Positions 38,456 through 46,406 of a stretch of DNA of 50,265 nt are shown one piece after another (position 1 is the first letter of the stretch; the number at the start of each line of letters is the position of its first letter). The DNA is from an uncultured delta proteobacterium (GTDB taxonomy: Bacteria; Bdellovibrionota_C; UBA2361; OMII01). The position numbers and the translations under genes were made by a program. The stretch covers positions 1 to 50,265 of the forward strand of contig CAIXKI010000098.1 of NCBI GenBank assembly GCA_903920005.1. The letters are read 5' to 3'. The notes under the pieces were generated by a model. The model ran no database searches. It saw only the letters and a list, made by a program, of their open reading frames with translations, and was not told the DNA's origin.

Positions 38456-39750
38456 GCTCTTTGACAACCGCTCTTCACGACGCAGCTCTACGCCTCTACC
38501 CGGAAGTTCAGCTCAGCACAAAGGCTCGCTTTTTACCGATGTTCGATTTGGGGAAGGGGGAGATAAGCTCGACGGCGGCTATCGAGGTGGCTCGAGCGCT
38601 CCGGGGCGACGCCATGGCTATCGCGCAACGACTTATCGAAGAGCTCTCGCCCCGATTCGGTGGGACATGGAAGGTGGTGGCGGGGTATATCGTACTTTCC
38701 GATGTGTCATCGGAGCTTATACTCCAAGAAGTGCGAACTGGAGACATGGCCCTACCGAAGAGAACTTCAGGACGGCCTCGGTCGGTTATCTGTCTGACCC
38801 CAGATTCGATAACGCCCGTCTACGCTCGCATGCGGTTGTTGGCGAGCTCCGCGCTCCAAGCCTTTCTGACGGTCGCGATTGAAGGACGGTGTAGGGTTGG
38901 ATTTGAGCCGAGTCCTCCGCAAGAGGTGTCTTCTCTCGGAGCTGTTGTAACGCTCTTTAGAGAGGCCGTTGAGCGAGCGCTTGCGTCGGATTCGGAGGTT
39001 CGTCGAACGGCCATAGCCACTCATCTCATGGAAGAGCAGGTGGTGGGGGCCCCAACAACTATCGTGTGGACCTCTCATCATTACCACGAGCAGCTCCCCA
39101 AGGAGGTTAAGCGATTCTTCTCGGACGCTCGACGGGAAGGACATACCCTTCTCAAGATGCCTCCAGACGGATGGCTGCTTAGTCGGGATCGAGCGCTCTC
39201 TGAGATCCTAAGTCCGGGTAGTATTGAACGGGTGATAGGACGGTTATCTACGCAGGAAGCCTGGGCTAGGTGGCTGTTTCATATGGCATCCGCCACCCCT
39301 TCAGGAGATCTTGATCCCTCTGTCGCCCTCTATGATGAATGCGCATCGCCACGTTGGAGTCTCCAAGTGTTACACGAGCGACTTGTGGCCTTGGCTTCTT
39401 CCGTCGTGACTACTCCCCGGGCCGAGCTTCTTGATCGGGTGGGGGACTCCCTAGTAGAAGATCGAGTCTTGGCGTTACGGGCACTCTTTCTTCCGATGCT
39501 TACCTCTCGAGTTATTGAGGATGGGGAGGTTTTGGGATGGATTTCGACCGTAGAGGAGTTCGCCGCTCGGGCTCACGCTCGCTTGAACGCCCCCCACTTT
39601 AGGGCCGCGCTGTCGAAGTCGCCGCTTTCGCGAGATAATGTTCAGATAATTGCTAGTCTAGTGTTTGGAATTACCAGTATACTACCGGTTGTTACGGAGG
39701 ACGTATGCGCAAGGCAACAGCAGAACAGCAATCAACGGGATCAGACGTAG
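38452..39750 (+). CDS. Highly diverged arginyl-tRNA synthetase-like protein lacking HIGH/KMSKR (probable pseudoenzyme)
   Basis: Colinear resemblance to the ArgRS N-domain, the Rossmann fold and the DALR domain. Sits directly upstream of a SPOR gene, as argS commonly does. See findings. Confidence 0.7.
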   Translation: MSSLTTALHDAALRLYPEVQLSTKARFLPMFDLGKGEISSTAAIEVARALRGDAMAIAQRLIEELSPRFGGTWKVVAGYIVLSDVSSELILQEVRTGDMALPKRTSGRPRSVICLTPDSITPVYARMRLLASSALQAFLTVAIEGRCRVGFEPSPPQEVSSLGAVVTLFREAVERALASDSEVRRTAIATHLMEEQVVGAPTTIVWTSHHYHEQLPKEVKRFFSDARREGHTLLKMPPDGWLLSRDRALSEILSPGSIERVIGRLSTQEAWARWLFHMASATPSGDLDPSVALYDECASPRWSLQVLHERLVALASSVVTTPRAELLDRVGDSLVEDRVLALRALFLPMLTSRVIEDGEVLGWISTVEEFAARAHARLNAPHFRAALSKSPLSRDNVQIIASLVFGITSILPVVTEDVCARQQQNSNQRDQT

Positions 39751-40814
39751 GGCAGCGGCCTGGTTACGGCCTTCGCGCCAAAAACTCCGAAGACTCCAGG
39801 AGGCCTTCAATGTCGGGCAAACGAAGTAGTAGTAGGGGATGGGAGGTGCGCCTCGGCGCGCTTCAGGTAGTCGTGTGGCTCGGGTTGGCTATCGGTGCCG
39901 TTTTCGGTTCTTACTTCATCGGGTTCTTCTCAGGCAGATACGTTGGATTTGAGACCGCTCGGGCGGCCTCGGGTGTAGACGTCGCCAAGCTCTCGATCAC
40001 TGAAGAGTTCCCCGAGAGGACGGCTCAGAGCATGTCCGGCATATATGACCAGCTCAATAGCAACGCGACCGTAGGTAAAGAGGTCAAGCTGGTAGCACCG
40101 AAAAATGGCTCTACGGATGCCAAAGTTGCAAAGACTATCGACGAGATTAAAAGTGGGAGTACTGCTGGCGCTGTGAACGCGGCGAGTGCACAAATCGCCA
40201 ACGAAAAACCTAAGGCTGCGGACGCGGATCCGTTTCTTGATGTCGATTACGCCGATGCTCCGTCTGATAAGGGATCGGTGCTGGCTCCGGCAGTAGAGGG
40301 GTCGCTGCTCGCTCCGGCGGTAGAGGACACAGGCAAAGGTGGGGAGGTTAGGCTTCTTGGCCAGCAATCCGGTGAAAAGCCAGTCGATATCTTAAAGGTC
40401 GTTCCTGACGCTCCAAAGGTGCCAGAGGTAGAAGACTCGATCAAACAGCCTGTGAAGGCATCGAAGGTGGTAGAGGCGACTGAGGCTGATGCGAAGAAGG
40501 TAGCTGGGGATACGAAGTCCACTACTGCTCCTAAGGCTCTGAAGGGAGCCACCCAGGTTACTAAGAAGGTACCCCCCGGATACTTCGTTCAGGTCGCGGC
40601 CCCTAAGACCCTCAAGGATGCCGAGGTGGTAGCTAAGAGGCTGAGAGGTTCCGGCTTTCCGGTTATGATTGAGGACTTCAGCACAGGTAAGTCCCCGTAT
40701 TTTAGGGTTCTTGTGGGTCCTGAGGATAATAAAGTTCAGGCGGAACGCCTCGTTGGACAGGTTAAGCGAGAGAGTTATATCTCGGGCAAGCCCTTCATCC
40801 GACAGTCCAAATAG
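39705..40814 (+). CDS. SPOR-domain membrane protein (FtsN/DedD-like)
   Basis: GGAGG + ATG 39705, one TM helix, a low-complexity linker, and C-terminal SPOR domain GYFVQVAA...AE.VAKRLR.SGFP...FRVLVGP. Confidence 0.9.
   Translation: MRKATAEQQSTGSDVGQRPGYGLRAKNSEDSRRPSMSGKRSSSRGWEVRLGALQVVVWLGLAIGAVFGSYFIGFFSGRYVGFETARAASGVDVAKLSITEEFPERTAQSMSGIYDQLNSNATVGKEVKLVAPKNGSTDAKVAKTIDEIKSGSTAGAVNAASAQIANEKPKAADADPFLDVDYADAPSDKGSVLAPAVEGSLLAPAVEDTGKGGEVRLLGQQSGEKPVDILKVVPDAPKVPEVEDSIKQPVKASKVVEATEADAKKVAGDTKSTTAPKALKGATQVTKKVPPGYFVQVAAPKTLKDAEVVAKRLRGSGFPVMIEDFSTGKSPYFRVLVGPEDNKVQAERLVGQVKRESYISGKPFIRQSK
40272..40325 (+). repeat. 27-bp in-frame tandem duplication in the SPOR linker
   Basis: GSVLAPAVE-GSLLAPAVE (ggatcggtgctggctccggcagtagag / gggtcgctgctcgctccggcggtagag). 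Confidence 0.85.
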
Positions 40815-40952
40815 TGACGCAAGAAGCTCCTAGTATTCAGTAGCTGGGGCGAAGCTCCGATAGTGACAAAAGGGGCGTTTTTGAGAAAGTATAGTGGCTG
40901 TGTGCCTCATGCTGGGCGCTGTTCCTTCCTACTGTCTATTTGAATAGTTGCG

Positions 40953-42911
40953 ATGACTCCATCCACGCAAGAAGCGGTCTTTTCGTTATCGTCGCTTACG
41001 TGTGCGGCTGGTACCGATGTCGGTATGCGTCGGGAGGAGAATCAAGACTCGTTCGGAATCATTAAAACCGATTCGTTTCAAGGATTCTTCGTCGCGGATG
41101 GAATGGGGGGAGTTAATGGAGGGGCGATAGCTTCTCGTCTCGCCATCTCTACGATCCAGGAGCTGCTGCCGGGGTTGAAGGAGCAGATGTCGCCTGAGGC
41201 GCTCCGAACAGCTGTTGCCGAAATTAATACGCGGATTTTTGAACGCGGAAGCGCGCAGCCAGGTCTTGCGGGTATGGGGACCACTCTTGTGGGCTTGGTC
41301 TTTACTGTCGGCGGAATAATTAGCCTCAACGTCGGAGACTCTCGCGCGTACCGCATAAGAGGGGATTCTATAAAGCAGCTTTCTGAGGATCACACCGTAG
41401 TTAGCGAGCTTGTTAAATCTGGAGCGATATCAAATCAGGAGGCAGAGGGACATCCCGTGTCTCATATGTTGACGAGGTCGCTCGGGCCATTGCCTGAGGT
41501 CCTCATAGAGAGTCGATTTGAACTTGAGGCCCCGGCTCATGGGGATGTGTACGTTCTCTGCTCCGATGGTTTGTATAATTTCCTAAGTAATCAAGACATT
41601 TTCGACGTTATTAAACAGAACCCTCTCGATGACGCGAATCAGATCCTGATTAATCTCGCAAATCGAAGGGGTGGAACAGACAACATCACCGTTGTTGTTA
41701 TCTCCGTTGGTGATAGGCCGGGGAAGGGGCGGGGAAGTGAATATCGGACCGCGCGGGAAGCCGCTCCTCGTAGACAGGAATTGAGCGACACAGGACCGAA
41801 GGTCACGGCGACTAGCGCCACTCAGCTAGATTTGGATCCTCCAAAAATTCCTCCACCGATTGCTGAACCGAAGGACGCTGATAGTGAGCGTGAGCGTGTT
41901 CGCAGCAAGAACAAGGGAGGTACTGTTACCGATCCAATGTTGCCTGGGTACCTTAAGTTGGTTGCCGCGGTGGTTTTTGGTCTTATTGTTGGAGACATGG
42001 GGCGCAGATCGGCCGCATTTCCAAGTGTCGCCGCGTTCATTGAATCAACGCGGGATTCTATAATCGGGAGTGGTGGCGCGGAGAGCTCTACTGGGTTGAG
42101 GCAGATTCATCAGGACCTTCGTATCTCGTCTACCACAGGGCAGAGTAGGGAGGGGATATCAGATATTGCGCGTCGAGTTAGAGGGCAGGCAGGGACAGAT
42201 GTAGAGTCTGAGGAGTCTCCGCGCTCCACGCGGGAGCGGTCGGCATCGAGCCGAAGGGTATTGGAATCTCGGCTTGCACGTCTAGAAGGAGAGCTTTCCT
42301 CCATCGGAACTTTGTCGATAGCCGAAGCTACAAAGAGTCTGCAAAGTGTGACTTCTCGGGTTGAGGAACTACAGGGACGAACGGATCAGATTGAGATGCA
42401 GATAGACGCGGCGTCTCGAAAGTTGTCTCTCTGGTTCGGTCGGAAGAAGCGCTTAGAGACGAACGACCAAGATGTATTTCAACCTGCCAATGATCTTGAG
42501 AGGGTGGGGGCCGCATCGCCCGCCGTGAAGAGCAAAATAGCCGAATGCACCGAAGCATCGTATCTCCTGCAAGCTAAGCAGGATGAGTACGAACTCTACC
42601 CGGGTAACGAAAATTTGAGGGAGCAGGTCCGACAACTTCAGGGTAGCCGCGAAAAGCTTCTCGGAGAGTTACGTAACGAGGTTGATAAGGCGGTTGATGT
42701 CGTTTTAGCCGATACCAACCGAAGTCTAGAAGAATTAAAGTTGCAGCGCGATCTCCTTGTCGCTGAGTTCGAAGGCGTTCGAGAGGAGCGGGAGTTTCTC
42801 AAGGTTTTAGTCGATCCGGATGCGGCGCAACGGGATGCTCTCAAGGCGCGTTTGGAGCGTCAACTTGAAGAGCTTCGCTCTGGGCTCTCGGATCCGACCT
42901 CGGCGAAATAG
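40953..42911 (+). CDS. PP2C/PPM Ser/Thr phosphatase with a TM helix and C-terminal coiled-coil region
   Basis: TDVGMRREENQD, VADGMGG, MGTT, NVGDSRAY, LCSDGL and GGTDNIT. Hydrophobic LVAAVVFGLIVG and a heptad-rich C-terminus. Confidence 0.92.
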   Translation: MTPSTQEAVFSLSSLTCAAGTDVGMRREENQDSFGIIKTDSFQGFFVADGMGGVNGGAIASRLAISTIQELLPGLKEQMSPEALRTAVAEINTRIFERGSAQPGLAGMGTTLVGLVFTVGGIISLNVGDSRAYRIRGDSIKQLSEDHTVVSELVKSGAISNQEAEGHPVSHMLTRSLGPLPEVLIESRFELEAPAHGDVYVLCSDGLYNFLSNQDIFDVIKQNPLDDANQILINLANRRGGTDNITVVVISVGDRPGKGRGSEYRTAREAAPRRQELSDTGPKVTATSATQLDLDPPKIPPPIAEPKDADSERERVRSKNKGGTVTDPMLPGYLKLVAAVVFGLIVGDMGRRSAAFPSVAAFIESTRDSIIGSGGAESSTGLRQIHQDLRISSTTGQSREGISDIARRVRGQAGTDVESEESPRSTRERSASSRRVLESRLARLEGELSSIGTLSIAEATKSLQSVTSRVEELQGRTDQIEMQIDAASRKLSLWFGRKKRLETNDQDVFQPANDLERVGAASPAVKSKIAECTEASYLLQAKQDEYELYPGNENLREQVRQLQGSREKLLGELRNEVDKAVDVVLADTNRSLEELKLQRDLLVAEFEGVREEREFLKVLVDPDAAQRDALKARLERQLEELRSGLSDPTSAK

Positions 42912-43166
42912 CGCACAGAGCGATATTTCTCTGGTCGTTTTCAGCGAATCGGGCTCTTGGCAGGGTGGTAACAAAGAGTATCTCAACCGATTTTGAGGGC
43001 TTTCCGGCAACGTCGGTGGCTGCCCAGAAAAAAGTCAACCTATCACGGAAGGGACGCTAGCGGGCTCTTTAGCTACCTCGGCCTCGTACCGCTCCAACGC
43101 TGAAAAAGCTCTTCGCGGACCTCTTTCAACGCCCTGGTAGGTGGCCAATAATGATCCTCTGGAAAC

Positions 43167-43204
43167 AAGGGGTGTGCCGGAGTATCATTTCGGCACACCA
43201 CCTT
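43167..43204 (+). promoter_or_regulatory. Strong hairpin immediately 5' of the purH ribosome-binding site
   Basis: AAGG-GGUGUGCCG[GAGUAUCAUUU]CGGCACACC-A-CCUU, followed by GAGG and the ATG at 43221. Confidence 0.5.
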
Positions 43205-43220
43205 TCACGAGGCCTTCACC

Positions 43221-44801
43221 ATGAAAAAGTATGCCCTTCTCAGTGTATCGGATCGGACCGGATTACCTCAACTCGCGCAGGCTTTGCACTCAGCGGGCTA
43301 CACCCTTTTGGCGACCTCGGGCACGGCGAAAGCCCTGGAGGCTGACAAGATCCCATGGACGTCGGTTGAGGAGTATACGGGCCTTGCCGAGCTTCTTGAT
43401 GGCCGGGTGAAGACGCTGCATCCGAAGATTCATGGCGGTATACTGGCTCGCCGTGATCAGTCGCATCACCTCTCCCAGATGGCGCAAGCTGATATTGGAC
43501 CTATCGATGTTGTTGTGGTCAATCTCTATCCCTTTACCGCGTACCTAGACACCGAGCGTGCGAGTGACCCAGAGCAGATGACGGAGCTTGTTGACGTGGG
43601 TGGTCCAACGATGATTCGGGCTGCCGCGAAGAATCACCGCTTTGTTCTCCCGCTTGTCGATCCGGAGGATTATGCCGAGGTTATAGCAAAGCTTAGTTCG
43701 TCGAAATCTGCCGCCGATCCGTTTCCTCTGGAATTGCGTCGTCGGTACGCGTCTAAAGTTTTTACGACATTGTCGGAGTATGATGGAGCGATCGCTGGAT
43801 ACTTTGGCGGACTCTCTCAAGGAGAGGAGACGGGGGCTAAAATGCCGGATCGTTGTTCCATTACCTTGAGTAAGGTAAGCGAGCTGCGGTACGGAGAGAA
43901 TCCGCATCAAAGCGCCGCGCTCTACAAGGCTAGCTCAGGCCAGTTAAAGCTTTTCAATGGGCCAACGTGGACTCAGCACGGCGGAAAGGAGCTGTCGTAC
44001 AATAACATGCTCGATCTCGACGCCGGAATAAGGATTCTTTCCGATCTCCCTCAGGAGACAACGACGGTGGCCATCTTAAAGCACCTCAATCCGTGTGGAG
44101 TCGCTCGGGGCGCTACTGTAACTGAGGCCGTACAACGAGCGAAGGAGTGTGACCCTCGCAGCCATTTTGGTGGAGTGTTGGTTAGTAATCGTCCTGTCGA
44201 CAAGAGTGCGGCTGAGGAGATTCGGGGTGACTTCGCGGAGCTTGTAATTGCTCCAGGTTTTACGCCCGACGGACTCGAAACTCTACAGGTGAGCAAGAAT
44301 TTGCGCATCCTAAAGGTCGACGTGTCTCTCATGGAAGGGTTTGACGCGCGAACGATCGCTGGCGGCATACTCGTGCAGCAGCCAGACATTAATCGCTCTC
44401 GGATAGCGCATGCGACCCTTGTTTCGTCCCGTACCCCTTCGGATGAAGAGCTCTCAGACCTTGAATTGGCGTGGCGAATAGTCGGACATGTTAAATCAAA
44501 CGCGATCGTGCTGGTAAGGGATGGGCTCCTGATCGGTGTTGGTGCAGGTCAGATGAGTCGCATCGACTCGGTGGAGCTCGCTATTCGTAAGGCGAAGTTG
44601 CATGGACATCTTCTAAACGGCGCGGTCGCGGCCTCTGACGCGTTCTTCCCGTTCCCTGATTCGGTAGAGACGCTCAGCGCGGAGGGGATTACATGTATCG
44701 TTGCTCCTGCTGGCGCGCGAAGGGATGACGATGTGAAGGCAGTCGCGAATGAGCGTGGAGTCTCGTTGTTCTTCGCGAGCGATAGACACTTTAGACATTA
44801 A
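43221..44801 (+). CDS. purH: Bifunctional AICAR transformylase / IMP cyclohydrolase
   Basis: ALLSVSD.TG, GRVKTLHPKIHGGIL, DVGGPTMIRAAAKN, LRYGENPHQ.A, GKELSYNN, KH.NPCG, GAGQMSRIDS, ASDAFFPF.D and RHFRH. Confidence 0.98.
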   Translation: MKKYALLSVSDRTGLPQLAQALHSAGYTLLATSGTAKALEADKIPWTSVEEYTGLAELLDGRVKTLHPKIHGGILARRDQSHHLSQMAQADIGPIDVVVVNLYPFTAYLDTERASDPEQMTELVDVGGPTMIRAAAKNHRFVLPLVDPEDYAEVIAKLSSSKSAADPFPLELRRRYASKVFTTLSEYDGAIAGYFGGLSQGEETGAKMPDRCSITLSKVSELRYGENPHQSAALYKASSGQLKLFNGPTWTQHGGKELSYNNMLDLDAGIRILSDLPQETTTVAILKHLNPCGVARGATVTEAVQRAKECDPRSHFGGVLVSNRPVDKSAAEEIRGDFAELVIAPGFTPDGLETLQVSKNLRILKVDVSLMEGFDARTIAGGILVQQPDINRSRIAHATLVSSRTPSDEELSDLELAWRIVGHVKSNAIVLVRDGLLIGVGAGQMSRIDSVELAIRKAKLHGHLLNGAVAASDAFFPFPDSVETLSAEGITCIVAPAGARRDDDVKAVANERGVSLFFASDRHFRH

Positions 44802-44818
44802 TTGCGAGTGGCATAGAT

Positions 44819-46084
44819 ATGAAAATTCTTGTTGTTGGAAGTGGCGCTCGGGAACATGCGTTGTGTTGGAGACTCGCGCGCTCTCCAGGTGTTACCGAGG
44901 TGCTTTGCGCGCCCGGCAATGCGGGAATTGCGGCGTGCGCTGAGATCGTGATGATAGCGCCAACTGCCGTTGGCGATCTTCTCTCTCTCGCGAAGGAGCG
45001 TGGCGTTGCGCTTACAATAGTCGGGCCTGAGGTGGCGCTTGAAGCGGGGATCGTTGATCTCTTTGAAGCACACAAGATGCCGATAGCGGGACCATCCAAG
45101 GCTGCCGCCATGCTGGAGACCTCAAAGTCTTTCGCGAAGGAGGTCATGGTTGCCGCTGGAGTTCCGACCGCGACGTATGAGGTGTTTACTTCAGAGGCTC
45201 CATTACGTGAGTACTGTAAGAGGCAGGGGGCTCCACTCGTGCTTAAAGCTGACGGATTGGCATCGGGAAAGGGGGTCTTCGTCATTCAGCACGAGCAGGA
45301 TTTCGAGGATGCCTTCGCGAGTTTATTCGGGTCACTCAAAGCGGAGAGAGTCGTTGTGGAGGAGTTCCTCGCCGGAGTGGAGGTGAGTTGCATTTTCGCC
45401 TCTAATGGAGAGGACTTGATTCCGCTCGCTCCGGCGCATGATTACAAGCGCCTCATGGATGAAGACCTGGGACCTAACACAGGTGGAATGGGCTCGGTTT
45501 GTCCCTCCCCGCGAATCTCTGGAGCTGAGTTAGAGTGGATTCAGGAGCGATGCGCCGCGCCGATTCTCAAGGAGATGAAGAAGCGCGGGACGCCATTTAA
45601 AGGTTTTCTGTACGCTGGTCTCATGGTGCCCACTGACCCCGCGCAGCGCCCAGAGGGGATTCGAGTACTTGAATACAACACCCGCCTTGGGGACCCCGAA
45701 TGTCAGTCGATCCTTGTGCGGCTCGCTAGCGCGCCGGTAGAATTGTTTGAGTGGATCGCGGGAGTCCGTGGCGAGAAACCAACTGTACAATGGAGTAACC
45801 TCACGAGTGTCTGTGTGGTTGTCGCGTCCAACGGCTATCCAGAGAACGTGATCACGGGTGATGAAATTGTGGGTGCGGAGCTCGCCTCTCTTGTGCCTGG
45901 GGTTGTTGTATTCCATGCAGCTACCGTTCGAAATGAGCGGGGGGCGCTTGTGTGCGCCGGAGGACGAACGTTAAGTATTGTCGGTATCGGTGAATCCCGA
46001 GAGAGCGCTCGTCGGTCGGCATACAAAGCTGTGGATATGATACAACTCAGGGGAAATAGAACGAGGCGGGATATTGGATCATAG
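44819..46084 (+). CDS. purD: Phosphoribosylamine-glycine ligase
   Basis: MKILVVGSGAREHAL, APGNAG, VGPE, KADGLA.GKGV, DYKR...D.GPNTGGMG and EYN.RLGDPE.Q. Confidence 0.98.
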   Translation: MKILVVGSGAREHALCWRLARSPGVTEVLCAPGNAGIAACAEIVMIAPTAVGDLLSLAKERGVALTIVGPEVALEAGIVDLFEAHKMPIAGPSKAAAMLETSKSFAKEVMVAAGVPTATYEVFTSEAPLREYCKRQGAPLVLKADGLASGKGVFVIQHEQDFEDAFASLFGSLKAERVVVEEFLAGVEVSCIFASNGEDLIPLAPAHDYKRLMDEDLGPNTGGMGSVCPSPRISGAELEWIQERCAAPILKEMKKRGTPFKGFLYAGLMVPTDPAQRPEGIRVLEYNTRLGDPECQSILVRLASAPVELFEWIAGVRGEKPTVQWSNLTSVCVVVASNGYPENVITGDEIVGAELASLVPGVVVFHAATVRNERGALVCAGGRTLSIVGIGESRESARRSAYKAVDMIQLRGNRTRRDIGS

Positions 46085-46091
46085 GGAACTC

Positions 46092-46406
46092 ATGTCTAAA
46101 ATATTTTTATGTACCTCCGTAGCGGTATTGTTCGGAGCTGTCTCGGGATACGCGGTGGAGCTTCGGATAGTTGATAGTGTCGGACTCTCCCGGGCGGTAA
46201 AGGTGGTGGACGATTCGTCATCGGTGATCCTTATGGTTGAGAATCCCAAGGAAGCGGGGGAAGAGTGCGTGCTTTCAAACGTGGACGGTCTCGCCTCGGA
46301 GCGCCGTGAAAGGATCTCACCTTCAGGTGAATGCGTTTTTAAAGATATCGCGGCTGGTACATGGCAGGTTGGATTCCCGCGCACAGTACGATGGAAGGTA
46401 AAGTAA
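46092..46406 (+). CDS. Small secreted hypothetical protein (beta-rich)
   Basis: Signal-peptide-like N-terminus. Fills the gap between purD and the next gene. C-terminal G.CVF.DI.AGTWQV resembles a transthyretin/Cna-B-like strand pattern. Confidence 0.6.
   Translation: MSKIFLCTSVAVLFGAVSGYAVELRIVDSVGLSRAVKVVDDSSSVILMVENPKEAGEECVLSNVDGLASERRERISPSGECVFKDIAAGTWQVGFPRTVRWKVK

Noticed and set aside
42912-43220. ZTP (pfl) or purine riboswitch upstream of purH
   Set aside because: The consensus elements (GACUGGCG...GUGG...CCAC and the GCC..CGCCUGGGC hairpin) are not present. Kept only as an unassigned structured region.
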